DNA of 64,000 bases from Patescibacteria group bacterium (GTDB taxonomy: Bacteria; Patescibacteriota; Microgenomatia; 2-02-FULL-39-11): the NCBI GenBank assembly GCA_023379265.1, contig JAMCUI010000011.1:4030-68029 (forward strand), written 5' to 3'. The stretch's first letter is position 1. Each line of letters opens with the position of its first letter. This document shows positions 19,254-30,479 of this stretch, piece by piece. Below the pieces are notes generated by a model. It worked only from the letters and a program-made list of their open reading frames with translations. It was not told the origin of the DNA and did no database searches. A program made the translations under genes and the position numbers.

Positions 19254-19667
19254 CTAATCCGGGACTCTTGGACGCATGCCTGGAGGCAAACCCCAGATTA
19301 CCCATTGGGTCATTCCGACTATAACAAAGCCGGCTATGATGACAATTACGGTTCCCCATGGATAATCATAGGGTAGAAAAGTGGGCGCTAGAAATAGCGT
19401 GAAGAGGCCAATCAGACACATCATTGATCCTGCCGCTTCGACCATACGCAGTATTTGCCTCACCACGAAATCCAACGCCCACCAATTTGGTAGTCGTCCC
19501 CGTGCGTTCTCAATCATCCCTATACTCAGCAACAAGAAAATCAACGTTGCTAAAGTCAAAAGGATGGCAAGACCGCTGAAGGGCCAACGTAACCAAATCA
19601 GTGCGAGGATCAATAGATCGATCCCCCACATTTTGCCCCAGATCGGAATCCTGTTTACTAATTCCAT
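19254..19667 (-). CDS. Hypothetical membrane protein (about 4 TM)
   Basis: 137-aa hydrophobic ORF with AAGGA RBS. Confidence 0.6.
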   Translation of the reverse strand: MELVNRIPIWGKMWGIDLLILALIWLRWPFSGLAILLTLATLIFLLLSIGMIENARGRLPNWWALDFVVRQILRMVEAAGSMMCLIGLFTLFLAPTFLPYDYPWGTVIVIIAGFVIVGMTQWVIWGLPPGMRPRVPD

Positions 19668-19835
19668 CAGTGGAATTCCTTTCTAGCCGGATTATCTGAT
19701 TCTTTGTCCCTTTGCAGATTTTTTTCAAGTGTATCCCACGGTTTTTCAACCACACTTGTTTTCATTTTGCACGCGAAATTGTGCACCGGAAAAAGAGAGA
19801 CAACCCGATAGCAAAAAAGAATATATTCTTTTCTT

Positions 19836-20111
19836 TTAACGGATTGTCTCAGCAATATTAATGTGCAAAGATCCGATGTGATAATAGCAGAGGGTTAAAA
19901 CTATAGCAATTTTATGGGAAAAAGGGGAAATTAAAATATGTTTACAGTTTACATTACCAGAAAAATGTCCGGCAGAATCAAAATCATATCCACTAAAACT
20001 ATTTCCAGAAAATGTTATTGAAATATGATTTCTATTTCCATAATGATAAAGTGAAAATGTATCGCCTGATCTGCTACCACTTATATGACATTTTTGGTCA
20101 TAATCGTACAA
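19836..20111 (-). pseudogene. Probable gene fragment (beta-rich, YD repeats)
   Basis: YDYDQKCHISG...SLYHYG...FSGYDFDSAGHFSGNVN looks protein-like, but the start is weak and the tail degenerates. Confidence 0.35.
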
Positions 20112-20194
20112 TGAGACATTTCCGTTCTTACACCCTTAAACTTTCCTCCAGAAGAAAATCCGAGGTCCTATTTTACTAAATTTTATAGGGTATT

Positions 20195-23100
20195 CTAATT
20201 TCCACCACTCCAATCTTTGCAAAGTAAATTTGCTTGCTCTAAAACGGTTTGGGTGGCACTTTCCTGCTTATCCGGTGGATAATTATACTTGCGTAGCAGC
20301 TTTTTAACATAAACCCTGAGTTTCGCCTGAACATTTTCCTTTATAGTCCAGTCAATCGTTGTGTTTTTGCGAAGCATGGAAACCAACTCTCTGGCAATCT
20401 GCATAAGTGTTTCGTCTCCTAATTCCCGAATTGCACTTTCATTGATACAAAGCGCATCATAAAAGGCTACTTCCTCAGGACTGAGTCCGATCTCTTTTCC
20501 TCTTTCTTTTTCTGCCCTTATTTTTTTAGCCAGTACTACAAGTTCTGCTATCACTTGAGCCGCTTCAATCGTACGGTTTTGATATTTTTTTATCGTATCC
20601 TCCAACATTTTGGCAAATGACCGTGATTTTACTAAGTTACTCCTCATCATGGTTATGACTTCATCATTTAAAAGACGTTTAAGCATTTCAAAAGCTAAAT
20701 TCTTATGAGGTAAACCTTTTACCTCAGCTAAAAATTCATCTGAAAGTATTGAAATGTCCGGCGCTTTTAATCCTGTGGCCGAATAGATATCGATAACCTT
20801 ATCTGAAACAATCGCTCCAGAAACGATTTGCTTAATAGCCTCTTGATAATCTTCATCTGTCGGACCTCCTCTGCCACCACCATCCCCACCCCCAGCTTTT
20901 CTTATTCCGGCTTTAACGGATTGGAAAAACGCTACTTCATCTCTAATTCTTATTGCTTCTTCGTGAGGCACGGATAATGAAAAAGCAAACGAGAGCTCTG
21001 TGACAGCTTGAACATACCGTTTCTCACCATCTTCTAAACCAAAAACAAAGTCAATCGCTCCCGCTATCATTCGTGTTCTATCCGACGCAGAACCATGAAG
21101 GTCTTTCTTATAATCAAATCCATGATACATACCTGAGACCACCTCATATTTTTCAAGCATAACCATCACCGCTTCTTCTTGAGGTATTGCAACTTTCTTC
21201 CGGTCGTTATCAGCATAGTAGGCAAGGGCTTCTTTTAACTCCGGTGCGATACCCAAATAGTCTACAATCAAGCCTCCTTGTTTGTCTTTGAAAACTCTGT
21301 TTACCCGGGCAATAGTCTGCATCAATCCGTGGCCTTTCATGGGTTTATCGATATACATCGTATGAAGGCTTGGCACATCAAATCCGGTAAGCCACATATC
21401 CCGGACGATAACCAGCTTTAGCTCATCATTGGGATCTTTCATCCTGTTAGCCATATCATGACGTGCCTTTTTGGTTCTGATATGTTTTTGCCAATCCAAA
21501 GGATCCATAGCAGATCCAGTCATTACTATCTTTAGAAAACCACTATTGTCATCTTCTGTTGCCCAGTCAGGACGCAGTTTGGCAATTTCGTTATATAGTT
21601 CAACCGCAATTCTTCGGCTCATCACTACAATCATTCCTTTACCCTCAACTGCGGTAAGTCTATCTTCAAAATGTTCAACTACGTCATGAGCGATAAGAGA
21701 AATTCGCTTAGGAGCACCAACCAAAGCCTCAAGTCGTGCCCACTTGCTTTTAAGTTTCTCTTTCTTTTCAATCTCTTCTCCTTCAGTTAATTCCTCAAAT
21801 TCAGGATCAATCTTTGGTCTTTCTTCTTCTTTCAGGGAAATCTTGGCAAGTCTGGCCTCATAATAAATCGGCACCGTTGCTTTATCTTCAACGGCATGCG
21901 ACACATCGTAGATATCAATATAGTCTCCGAATACTGCCCTGGTATTTTTATCGGTTAGTTCAATTGGGGTTCCGGTAAAGCCAATAAACGAAGCGTTGGG
22001 AAGAGCATCACGCATATATCTTGCAAAACCATCAACAAAATCGTACTGGCTGCGGTGGGCTTCATCAGCAATCACTACGATATTTCTTCTGTCTGACAAA
22101 AGCGGATACTCTTGACAACCGTTTTCAGGAAAAAACTTTTGTATCGTGGTAAAAATCACTCCACCTGAAGCAACTTTAAGATACTCTTTTAATTGCTCTC
22201 TGTCTTCCGCCTGTTTGGGGGTTTGGCGCAGTAAGCTTGAGCATCTGGAAAACGTCCCAAACAATTGGTCGTCAAGATCGTTCCTGTCCGTCAAAACCAC
22301 AATTGTCGGGTTACTAAGATCTTGAATAATCCTGCCCGCATAAAACACCATCGTCAAACTCTTACCTGACCCTTGTGTATGCCAGACAACACCGCAGCGC
22401 CTGTCTCCCTCTTTTTTCGTGGCCTCAATTGTCTTTTTAACCGCCTTATTTGTGGCGTGATATTGATGGTAGGCAGCTACTTTTTTAGTAATCTTCTCTC
22501 CGTCTGTCTCAAACACTACAAAGTTATTGACGATATCTAAAAGTCTTTTCTTTTCAAAAATTCCTTTAAGTAAAACCTCTAATTGAGGTAAAGAATTGGG
22601 CGCCAATTCATCTCCGTCAATTGTTCGCCATCTGGTAAACCATTCTTTGTTAGCAGAAATCGTGCCAACTCTGGCTTCCATACCATCACTGATAATTGAT
22701 AGTTCGTTAAAGGCAAAAAGTGTAGGAATATCGTTCTTGTAGGTTTGAATTTGATTAAACGCTCCGCCGATTGTCGCCCCTGTATCTGCCGGGTTCTTCA
22801 GTTCAATAACCGCAACAGGTAAACCATTTATAAAGATAACTACATCCGGCCGTCTTTGGCTTCTTCCTTCGATAATTGTAAATTGGTTTACTGCAAGAAA
22901 ATCGTTCTTGTCAGGATTTTCTGTATCTAAAATTTTTACTTTGTCTCCAGCGATTGAACCATCCGGCCGTTTATATTCAATATCAATCCCGTCTCGAAGC
23001 ATGGTATGAAAGGCTTTGTTATTAACAATGAGTTTAGGACTGGTAGTTGGTACACGGAGGACTTTTCGTAATGCTTCGTCTTTTGCTTCATCCGGTATTT

Positions 23101-23284
23101 GAGGATTGAATTTGTTAATAGCGTTTTTTAGTCTTTCAACCAGTACCACATCTTGATAACTGGTACGTTCCGGCTTCTCACCATCGGGGGGTGGGGCAAT
23201 TTCAGGTCCTCCGACAACACTATATCCCAGCTCGGCAAGCCATTCGAGCGTTGCCTGTTCTAAGTCTGATTCCGTATATTTCAT
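20195..23284 (-). CDS. hsdR: Type I restriction endonuclease subunit R
   Basis: [18 protein letters not shown] nuclease motif, [36 protein letters not shown]. Confidence 0.96.
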   Translation of the reverse strand: MKYTESDLEQATLEWLAELGYSVVGGPEIAPPPDGEKPERTSYQDVVLVERLKNAINKFNPQIPDEAKDEALRKVLRVPTTSPKLIVNNKAFHTMLRDGIDIEYKRPDGSIAGDKVKILDTENPDKNDFLAVNQFTIIEGRSQRRPDVVIFINGLPVAVIELKNPADTGATIGGAFNQIQTYKNDIPTLFAFNELSIISDGMEARVGTISANKEWFTRWRTIDGDELAPNSLPQLEVLLKGIFEKKRLLDIVNNFVVFETDGEKITKKVAAYHQYHATNKAVKKTIEATKKEGDRRCGVVWHTQGSGKSLTMVFYAGRIIQDLSNPTIVVLTDRNDLDDQLFGTFSRCSSLLRQTPKQAEDREQLKEYLKVASGGVIFTTIQKFFPENGCQEYPLLSDRRNIVVIADEAHRSQYDFVDGFARYMRDALPNASFIGFTGTPIELTDKNTRAVFGDYIDIYDVSHAVEDKATVPIYYEARLAKISLKEEERPKIDPEFEELTEGEEIEKKEKLKSKWARLEALVGAPKRISLIAHDVVEHFEDRLTAVEGKGMIVVMSRRIAVELYNEIAKLRPDWATEDDNSGFLKIVMTGSAMDPLDWQKHIRTKKARHDMANRMKDPNDELKLVIVRDMWLTGFDVPSLHTMYIDKPMKGHGLMQTIARVNRVFKDKQGGLIVDYLGIAPELKEALAYYADNDRKKVAIPQEEAVMVMLEKYEVVSGMYHGFDYKKDLHGSASDRTRMIAGAIDFVFGLEDGEKRYVQAVTELSFAFSLSVPHEEAIRIRDEVAFFQSVKAGIRKAGGGDGGGRGGPTDEDYQEAIKQIVSGAIVSDKVIDIYSATGLKAPDISILSDEFLAEVKGLPHKNLAFEMLKRLLNDEVITMMRSNLVKSRSFAKMLEDTIKKYQNRTIEAAQVIAELVVLAKKIRAEKERGKEIGLSPEEVAFYDALCINESAIRELGDETLMQIARELVSMLRKNTTIDWTIKENVQAKLRVYVKKLLRKYNYPPDKQESATQTVLEQANLLCKDWSGGN

Positions 23285-24069
23285 CGTGTATATCTTTCAA
23301 TAAGTAAAAATAATATACAAAGCAAAGTGATAACAGAAATAAATACTAATTTTTTTAATAAAAATGGTATTTTTTTATCATAATCTTCCAGCTTCTTAAA
23401 AATTTCCTGATAAAGAGAATTATATAAATAATTTAAGGAGTCAATTTGACCTTGATTACCGATAAGTTGGTTGTGGATTGTATCATTGGTTAAATATAAC
23501 CTATAGGCTAAATAATGCATATTCCTGTCGATTTTAATTTTACTCTTTGAAAGATTATCTACCGACAGTGAAAAAGCAGGAAACAATACTGCTCTTTTTC
23601 TTAATCCATTATTTTCTAAAAAATCTTGTAAACTACCGGAAAGAATCGGGTTAGCAGTAATGTTATACATCTGGTAATCAAGTTGTTGGTTAAAAGCAAC
23701 TATTCTTTCGTTAAATAAACTAATTTGTCGATATAGTTTTTTTGAAATAACCCTCGAATCACTAATTCCTCGCCTTGCAATTTCCACCGCAGATTCAAAT
23801 GATAATTTGAATACGATTTTATCAGGAGAAAACCATTCTTTGTCTTGATTTTTTATGTATATTCCACCAATCCAAGATGACTGCGCCATTAGTTCATCAA
23901 GAAAAGATTGAAGAAGAGCTTTCCAGGAATCATATTTGTCTAAAATCGACCTTCGATAGGCAATAATTGCTAAAATAAAAGCAACAAAAGTTATCAAGTC
24001 ACCACTTTTGATTGGAGAAAGATAAAAACAGATGAAATCTAATATTAAGTACCCAATTTGATTGCACAT
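23281..24069 (-). CDS. Hypothetical membrane protein between hsdS and hsdR
   Basis: AT-rich 262-aa ORF with N- and C-terminal hydrophobic helices; 4-bp overlap with hsdR. Confidence 0.7.
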   Translation of the reverse strand: MCNQIGYLILDFICFYLSPIKSGDLITFVAFILAIIAYRRSILDKYDSWKALLQSFLDELMAQSSWIGGIYIKNQDKEWFSPDKIVFKLSFESAVEIARRGISDSRVISKKLYRQISLFNERIVAFNQQLDYQMYNITANPILSGSLQDFLENNGLRKRAVLFPAFSLSVDNLSKSKIKIDRNMHYLAYRLYLTNDTIHNQLIGNQGQIDSLNYLYNSLYQEIFKKLEDYDKKIPFLLKKLVFISVITLLCILFLLIERYTR

Positions 24070-24070
24070 A

Positions 24071-25702
24071 TCAATTCACCCTTAATTTTCCACTCATCAA
24101 CCTTGGTAGTAAAACATTGCGAACCTTACTTAAGTTAATATTTAGCTTTGCTAACAAGACAATTTGCCTTGATATATTCAAAGTCAATTCCGAGTAGTAT
24201 TTAAGCAATACAGAATCAATGTTTGAGAGCACGATCTTATATTCCGACATCTGATTCCAACTAGTTCTTGGCATTTTCGTACCAGTAGATGCATTACTTA
24301 TTTGGGATATAAATTTGTCATCAAACAGAGTAAATAGCATCGGTCCTAAGTATTTTTCATCCTTAGGTTTAATCACTAAAATATCTGTAGAACATATTCC
24401 CTCGAATGGAGCTACTGCAACATTTTTAAAATATGGTCTTAATTTGCCAAAAAGAATGTCTCCTATTGAAAATGACCATTTATCACTAGAAACCTCTGTT
24501 GAAAAACCATAGTTTTCTAATGAGAGTGATCCTCCTGTAAAATGTTCTAAACCTATATACTTAGACTCGGATGATACCGCTCTTGGTTTTATTTTTATCC
24601 TTATATTCTCTGAAATATCACAAAGTTTTTTTATTTCCCATCCCTTCGGTATCTCTCCTAATTCCGACTCAACCATCTCGCCGCCTGCCTGCCTGAGCCT
24701 ACCGGCTATTTCTTCCCGATCCAACCACTTTCTACCAAAACCGGTTTTCAACCACTTTTCTCGAGCTGCTGCCTCCTGTTTGTTTGAAAGTCCTTCCCAA
24801 TGAATAATCTTTACCGGTTTATATTGAAGTGTATATTTTGCACCAGTTCCAGTAACGTGTTCATGATATCGTTTAAGAATAAAATCAGTCATGCCTATGT
24901 AGCGGTATCCGTTTTCCAGCTCGAGAACATAAACAAAATACTTATCAGACTCAGGCGCAGGTAAACCGCCAAATGATTTGTAGCCATAGCACATCAACTC
25001 AAGATGCGCGGCTTGCGTGCGCTCGCCATAGGCGAGCAGGCACGGAAATTCGAAATCCACAAACCACCTATTAAAAAGCGCTTTTCCAATTTCCTCTAAA
25101 GCCGTATTCATCTTTTTATTGAGTTCGATCCTGTCATCAAGAGAAGAAAGAAAACCCGCAATCTGTTTCTGTTGTTGCATCGGAGGACATGGGGCTAATA
25201 TCTTCTTAAAATCGGTTTTATTGAACTTAGGCACTGCACTCCCACTTTTAATATCGTTTAAGGCCTGTTGACCATATATACTCTTTAACCAGTAATAGAA
25301 AAAAGTGTCATCGTATTTTGTCTTAAGGGTTATCGAGTTTGGTCCTAACGTCATTGGGTAATTTAACTGAGGTGCTCTATAAACAGTCCCAGAGTATTCA
25401 CCAACATTAGAAATAATAATTTCACCACCAGTTAATTTTGATTTTTTAAGATATTCATATCCCTCTTTATTTACATAAACAAAATTCCCTTGAAAATTTT
25501 TATTGTAATCAGCTAATCGAATAAGTACTGCGTGGTCAGGGATATCGTTATACCTAACATGAAATTTAAGAGAAGCGAAACTCCCGTTTGCTACATAATC
25601 TGTAACAACACTACATATTTGAGCCATCGTCTCCACCTTCCAATCCTCAGGAATATTGCCGATTTCAGTTTGTTTATATTTCGTTTGACTTTTGTTTGAC
25701 AT
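24071..25702 (-). CDS. hsdS: Type I R-M specificity subunit with an in-frame GIY-YIG domain between the two TRDs
   Basis: TEIGNIPEDW, QKQIAGFLSSLDDRIELN, WFVDFEFP, GGEMVESELGEIPKGW, LLPRLMSGKLRV; insert YFVYVLE..YIGMT..RYHEH..G..REKWLK. Confidence 0.92.
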   Translation of the reverse strand: MSNKSQTKYKQTEIGNIPEDWKVETMAQICSVVTDYVANGSFASLKFHVRYNDIPDHAVLIRLADYNKNFQGNFVYVNKEGYEYLKKSKLTGGEIIISNVGEYSGTVYRAPQLNYPMTLGPNSITLKTKYDDTFFYYWLKSIYGQQALNDIKSGSAVPKFNKTDFKKILAPCPPMQQQKQIAGFLSSLDDRIELNKKMNTALEEIGKALFNRWFVDFEFPCLLAYGERTQAAHLELMCYGYKSFGGLPAPESDKYFVYVLELENGYRYIGMTDFILKRYHEHVTGTGAKYTLQYKPVKIIHWEGLSNKQEAAAREKWLKTGFGRKWLDREEIAGRLRQAGGEMVESELGEIPKGWEIKKLCDISENIRIKIKPRAVSSESKYIGLEHFTGGSLSLENYGFSTEVSSDKWSFSIGDILFGKLRPYFKNVAVAPFEGICSTDILVIKPKDEKYLGPMLFTLFDDKFISQISNASTGTKMPRTSWNQMSEYKIVLSNIDSVLLKYYSELTLNISRQIVLLAKLNINLSKVRNVLLPRLMSGKLRVN

Positions 25703-25714
25703 GTTGTATATACT
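25685..25714 (+). promoter_or_regulatory. Predicted antisense promoter for the structured RNA
   Basis: TTGACT (25685-90), 18 bp, TATACT (25709-14); predicted start about 25721, the first base of the structure. Confidence 0.5.
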
Positions 25715-25720
25715 AAGAAT

Positions 25721-25788
25721 GCAGGTGTTGGGTAGGTTTACCTACCAGCAGGGAGGCATAGATTGCATCTATACCCTCCCCATCCTGC
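25721..25788. ncRNA. Candidate three-way-junction RNA abutting the DUF3800-like gene stop
   Basis: Closing stem GCAGG/CCTGC encloses GGTAGG-TTTA-CCTACC and GGGAGG-c-ATAGAT-tgc-ATCTAT-ac-CCTCCC. No U-tract on either side; strand uncertain. Confidence 0.65.
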
Positions 25789-26477
25789 TACTTTCTACTC
25801 CAATCTACTTCCCAACAATTAAACTTGTTTTTTCCGACTTTTCTTTTAAGTTCCAGCACTTTTTGAGCGATTCTTGTTTTGTTTCCTTCTTTATCTCCAG
25901 AATCTGGATTTAATGAATATAAGAAACCACCCAAAAGCATATCCGCAAGTTGAACAGGTAAAACTCCGTGAGATTCTGTTTGGAGAATATTGTATACTTT
26001 TGGAATATCTTGACAAACAAATTCAATCTTTTTCCGGGAATCCTTTGGTTTACGTTGATAATCTGCAATGATGATGGTTTCTTCACTTTTCCACACAGTT
26101 TTTTTGACCAGCATTTTAATAAATGAGACATATTTTCCCCATCTCTGTATATGATTAGCTGGTTTAATAAAACCTATATCGTTTGTATCAAAATACAAAC
26201 AATTAAATTCCCAATCATAATCTCCATCAAGCTTGCTAATAAAATCAATGTCGAATTGAATACTTTTTGATGTTGTACTTTTAAAACTGAATTCCACTTT
26301 TGTTTCATCTTTCTTTAATTGACTGACCAATCCTTCGTAAACAGGATGAAGACGTTCGAGCAACGCTATTGGTTTTATGTGCTTAAATGCACCAATACCA
26401 AAGTATGACTTTCCATCATGAACTGGATTTAATACCCCACTTTCATCTATAAAAGTAAAGGTTTTAATTACCGTCAT
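25788..26477 (-). CDS. DUF3800-like protein (predicted RNase H-like fold)
   Basis: N-terminal FIDESG and C-terminal ESH..VQLADML.G motifs; 4-bp overlap with hsdM. Confidence 0.75.
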   Translation of the reverse strand: MTVIKTFTFIDESGVLNPVHDGKSYFGIGAFKHIKPIALLERLHPVYEGLVSQLKKDETKVEFSFKSTTSKSIQFDIDFISKLDGDYDWEFNCLYFDTNDIGFIKPANHIQRWGKYVSFIKMLVKKTVWKSEETIIIADYQRKPKDSRKKIEFVCQDIPKVYNILQTESHGVLPVQLADMLLGGFLYSLNPDSGDKEGNKTRIAQKVLELKRKVGKNKFNCWEVDWSRK

Positions 26478-28000
26478 ACTTTGAATCCAACTTTTTCTAA
26501 ATTTTCTCTAATTTTCTGTTCTAAATCCTTTGACTGTTTAAATTGTTCTGATAATTCTTTTGTTAACCTTGTCATCTTTTCCTCAAAGGCCTCATCGTCT
26601 TCCTCTACAAAGTCCGTGCCTACATAACGGCCGGGAGTCAAAACGTATCCGTTCTTTTCGACTTCTTCTATCGATGTTGCCTTGCAAAAACCCTTTATAT
26701 CTTCATATTTACCGTTTTTGTTTCTCCAGTTGTGATATGTTCCTGATATTTGTTGCAGTTCCTCATCCGAAAGTTCCCTGTGTCTTCGGTCAACCAGTTT
26801 TCCCAGCTTACGGGCGTCAATAAAGAGTATTTCATCATGTCTGTCTCTGAATTTGTTGTTATAGCGGTCTCTTGACACAAACCAAAGGCAAGCCGGAATC
26901 TGGACGGTATAAAAAAGTTTATCCGGCATGGCTAAAATACAATCAACCAGTCCGGCTTTTATCATCTTTTTCCTGATTTCTCCCTCGCCTGAAGTATTAG
27001 AGGATAGTGAACCGTTAGCCATGACAAACCCTGCTATACCTGTTGGTGATAAATGATGGATAAAGTGTTGAATCCATCCGTAGTTAGCATTTCCTGTCGG
27101 AGGAGTGCCGTATTTCCACCTTACGTCTTCCCGTAACCGCTCACCGCCCCAGTCGCTGATGTTAAAAGGAGGATTGGCAAGGATAAAATCTGCTTTTAGG
27201 TCTTTATGCTGGTCATTATGGAAGCTGTCACCCAGATAAATATGTTTGCTTTCGATCCCTCTAATAGCCAGATTCATCTTACAAAGCCGCCAGGTGGTAG
27301 CGTTTGACTCCTGCCCGAAGATCGAAACGTCATCAACCCGCCCGCCATGGCTTTCTGCAAACTTCTCGCTTTGCACAAACATCCCGCCACTGCCACAACA
27401 CGGATCAAACACTCTCCCTTTGTATGGCTCAAGCACCGATACCAGAAGTTTGACTACAGATTGCGGGGTAAAGAACTCGCCGCCGCCTTTACCCTCTGCA
27501 CTAGCAAACCTTCCGATGAAATACTCGTAAACCCGGCCGAGTATATCCTTTGACCGGCTTTCCTTATCTCCTAAACCGATTGTGCCTATAAGATCAATAA
27601 GCTCTCCTAATCGCTGTTTATCTAAAGTGGGGCGGGCATAATCTTTGGGAAGCACCCCTTTAAGCGACGGGTTTTCTTTTTCGATTGCCACCATCGCATC
27701 ATCAACAAGTTTTCCAATTTCCGCTTTCTTGGCGTTTTGAAGTAGAAAATTCCAGCGGGCTTCTTGAGGTACCCAGAATACGTTCTCTGCTAAGTATTCG
27801 TCTTTATCCTCTGGATCTGATAATTTGTCAGCTTTTAATTTTTCGTGTAGTTCTTCGAAAGAGTCAGAGATATATTTAAGAAAGATAAGTCCCAATACAA
27901 CATGCTTATACTCTGAGGGGTCCATATTGTTCCGCATCTTATCGGCAGCCGCCCACAGTTTTTCCTCGAACCCCAGGTTTGCAGAAGTTGATTTAGCCAT
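26474..28000 (-). CDS. hsdM: Type I R-M methyltransferase subunit
   Basis: [35 protein letters not shown]. Confidence 0.96.
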   Translation of the reverse strand: MAKSTSANLGFEEKLWAAADKMRNNMDPSEYKHVVLGLIFLKYISDSFEELHEKLKADKLSDPEDKDEYLAENVFWVPQEARWNFLLQNAKKAEIGKLVDDAMVAIEKENPSLKGVLPKDYARPTLDKQRLGELIDLIGTIGLGDKESRSKDILGRVYEYFIGRFASAEGKGGGEFFTPQSVVKLLVSVLEPYKGRVFDPCCGSGGMFVQSEKFAESHGGRVDDVSIFGQESNATTWRLCKMNLAIRGIESKHIYLGDSFHNDQHKDLKADFILANPPFNISDWGGERLREDVRWKYGTPPTGNANYGWIQHFIHHLSPTGIAGFVMANGSLSSNTSGEGEIRKKMIKAGLVDCILAMPDKLFYTVQIPACLWFVSRDRYNNKFRDRHDEILFIDARKLGKLVDRRHRELSDEELQQISGTYHNWRNKNGKYEDIKGFCKATSIEEVEKNGYVLTPGRYVGTDFVEEDDEAFEEKMTRLTKELSEQFKQSKDLEQKIRENLEKVGFKV

Positions 28001-28108
28001 AAATCGAATACCATTTAATAAATGACTTATTTTATCACTTTATCTGTAGGTAAACGAGAAGAAATGAGTTGCGGCAGTTCGCAAAATTTAATCCAAAAAA
28101 TACGGAGC

Positions 28109-28948
28109 TTATTTGCCTAAACCAGTAATAATTTGATTAGCTATACCTTCCAAAGAATTTTGCGTTTTGAAAAAATTTGCTTCCCAAGGAGGAGTAAATG
28201 AACTAGTTAATAGAACCGTATCCATCTGAAGCGCATGCGGTGTTACTAAATCAAATTCCCCTCCATTCCCAACAACAACATAAGGGTGTTGTCCCAGGGA
28301 TAAAATAATATTTCCATAGTGTTCTCTTCTTAATAAAACATCACGGCTATTAAGTCCTGGCAACTTCATACTCCACGGAACTCTACTCCAATTTGGGCTA
28401 ATTAGATTCTTATGAGCATTACCCCTTACCTCAATGTTTTCCATAGGAATATTATTACTACTTAAGAAAGGTTCCAGTTTCCTAAGAATATGATCCGGAT
28501 TTGAACCAGAAATAATAACAAGTTTACCAAGAGGTATTATTTCTTTAATTGTGTAAGCTGCATCTGGTCTATAAAAAGAATCTATTTGGGGATAACTTGT
28601 ATATTCTATCCCATCCAAAAATTGAGACATTGCTTCTTCATCTGGTAAACCAGGTTCCAAAGCTTGACGCATCTTTGCAATTGCCCGTTCAGCCGCTACT
28701 CGATTTAACACGATAGTATCAAATGAGGCTGAAGCAATAACAAAACCTTGATGATTTCTCCATCCGTAAACTTCCGGATGTTCTCTTAATTCATATCTTT
28801 CAGGTTCAAGATATTTTGTTACAACATCACTTGGTAAACCGGTTGCCTGTGAAAATTGTTCCTCAAATACGTCAGTATAGGCATCATGCGTCGCTTCAGG
28901 ATCAGTTAAAGTCCCGTCATGATCAAAAATAAATAATTCTTTTGACAT
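28109..28948 (-). CDS. HAD-superfamily hydrolase-like protein
   Basis: FIFDHDGTLT motif I; VVGN..EFD motif IV-like. Confidence 0.6.
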   Translation of the reverse strand: MSKELFIFDHDGTLTDPEATHDAYTDVFEEQFSQATGLPSDVVTKYLEPERYELREHPEVYGWRNHQGFVIASASFDTIVLNRVAAERAIAKMRQALEPGLPDEEAMSQFLDGIEYTSYPQIDSFYRPDAAYTIKEIIPLGKLVIISGSNPDHILRKLEPFLSSNNIPMENIEVRGNAHKNLISPNWSRVPWSMKLPGLNSRDVLLRREHYGNIILSLGQHPYVVVGNGGEFDLVTPHALQMDTVLLTSSFTPPWEANFFKTQNSLEGIANQIITGLGK

Positions 28949-28966
28949 AATAAAACTGATTTAGAT

Positions 28967-29647
28967 CTAATCAGCAATCTGAATACTGGAAGGTCGGGAT
29001 TTTGTCATATAACCTGGTGCAAGTAGTCTGTATTTGAAATCAGATATTTCTATCGGCCTTTTATCAGCAGCAAAATTTATCCCAAATACATAATTTCCAA
29101 AAGTAGTAAGCCAATCAACACGCCTTGGATAACTTATCGGCAAAAAAATTGGCAACTCTTTACTTGATGTTAGATTTTTATACTCTATTTTTTCTCCCCG
29201 CTTTTTATCATAAGCGAGAATTGAAACAAGCTCTGCCTCATCTGGTTTTTGGTTATCGACTTTATATCCAAGCTGATACGCTCTGTTAGAATCAAAATCA
29301 TGATACCAAGCTGTAAAACCACCACCCTTTAGACCGACCAAATCATGCTTTTCATCAAATAAGACATTCATTTCAAGAAGTCTAAGTTGCGGGCCATTTT
29401 CAATGGGAGAGTTAGTATTTATCTCAAGCACGCCGATATTTCTTAGTCCCTCCATTTTCTCTTTATCAGCAAAATCAATACCACGAAATCCGAGATATAT
29501 TGAGAAAATTGTACCCTTATCATCATGATAACTACTTTGCGCAAGACCCATGGGACCAGATTCAGTCCGATCTGATGTTTCCCATCCTTTAAATACTTTT
29601 TCTGCTTCAGAGGTTATATATGGATTAATTTCTTTCAGGTTCAACAT
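28967..29647 (-). CDS. Hypothetical protein
   Basis: 226-aa ORF, no motif recognised. Confidence 0.6.
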   Translation of the reverse strand: MLNLKEINPYITSEAEKVFKGWETSDRTESGPMGLAQSSYHDDKGTIFSIYLGFRGIDFADKEKMEGLRNIGVLEINTNSPIENGPQLRLLEMNVLFDEKHDLVGLKGGGFTAWYHDFDSNRAYQLGYKVDNQKPDEAELVSILAYDKKRGEKIEYKNLTSSKELPIFLPISYPRRVDWLTTFGNYVFGINFAADKRPIEISDFKYRLLAPGYMTKSRPSSIQIAD

Positions 29648-29736
29648 AAATTATTTCTATTATTATATATTGTCAGATCAAGCTATTATATAATTTTAAG
29701 TGAAATTTAACACAAGTGTTATAATTCAGTCAAAAT

Positions 29737-30477
29737 ATGATGGAACATCAACCGGATCCAGCACGTGGAACTACTATGGAACCTCATGTCTTAACAAGAG
29801 AAGAATTAATTGAAAACTTGCAAGGTATCAAAGCGAGAATAGAACAAGCAGCACGGAGTGTAGGAAGAAATTCATCTGAAATTACTATCGTCGGCGCTGC
29901 AAAAACAGTCCCTATTGAAACGCTTAATACTGCTATTGCTCTTGGAATTACTCACCTTGGAGAAAATTACGTGCAGGAGGCAACCAGGAAAAAACTAGCG
30001 CTTGTTCAACTAGGCGCAAATCCTACATGGCATATGATCGGTCATCTTCAGACAAACAAAGCAAAAGATGCGGTATCTATTTTTAATGTAATTGAGACTG
30101 TAGATTCTGTCCGTCTTGGGGAAGCGATTGCACATAGAGCGGTAAGAAAATCAATTCCCGTCATGCTGGAGGTCAATATAGGACAGGAAGTCACTAAGTC
30201 TGGCTTTGCGCCACAGAACTTAGCTGAAGCATATAGAACGTTAAGAGATTTACCGGAGCTCTCTATTGTAGGTTTGATGACAATTGCACCAGAAGTAACC
30301 AACTCAGAGGAAGTTAGACCAGTTTTCCGTCAGTTACGACAGTTAAAGGACGAACTGGGTTTAAGAGAGCTTTCTATGGGAATGACCAATGATTTTGAGA
30401 TAGCGATACAGGAAGGAGCAACTTTGGTCAGAATAGGTCGGGCGCTCTTCGGTGCACGTCCACAATCACAGAGATAA
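29737..30477 (+). CDS. yggS: PLP homeostasis protein YggS/PROSC
   Basis: [36 protein letters not shown]. Confidence 0.94.
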   Translation: MMEHQPDPARGTTMEPHVLTREELIENLQGIKARIEQAARSVGRNSSEITIVGAAKTVPIETLNTAIALGITHLGENYVQEATRKKLALVQLGANPTWHMIGHLQTNKAKDAVSIFNVIETVDSVRLGEAIAHRAVRKSIPVMLEVNIGQEVTKSGFAPQNLAEAYRTLRDLPELSIVGLMTIAPEVTNSEEVRPVFRQLRQLKDELGLRELSMGMTNDFEIAIQEGATLVRIGRALFGARPQSQR

Positions 30478-30479
30478 AC

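Noticed and set aside
24686-25042. Intein in HsdS (insert begins with Cys-Leu)
   Set aside because: No TxxH block and no terminal His-Asn followed by Cys/Ser/Thr; the insert ends RLRQA-GG.
25721-25788. Simple intrinsic terminator
   Set aside because: There is no U-tract on either strand, the fold is branched, and termination here would uncouple hsdS/hsdR from hsdM. Not fully excluded.
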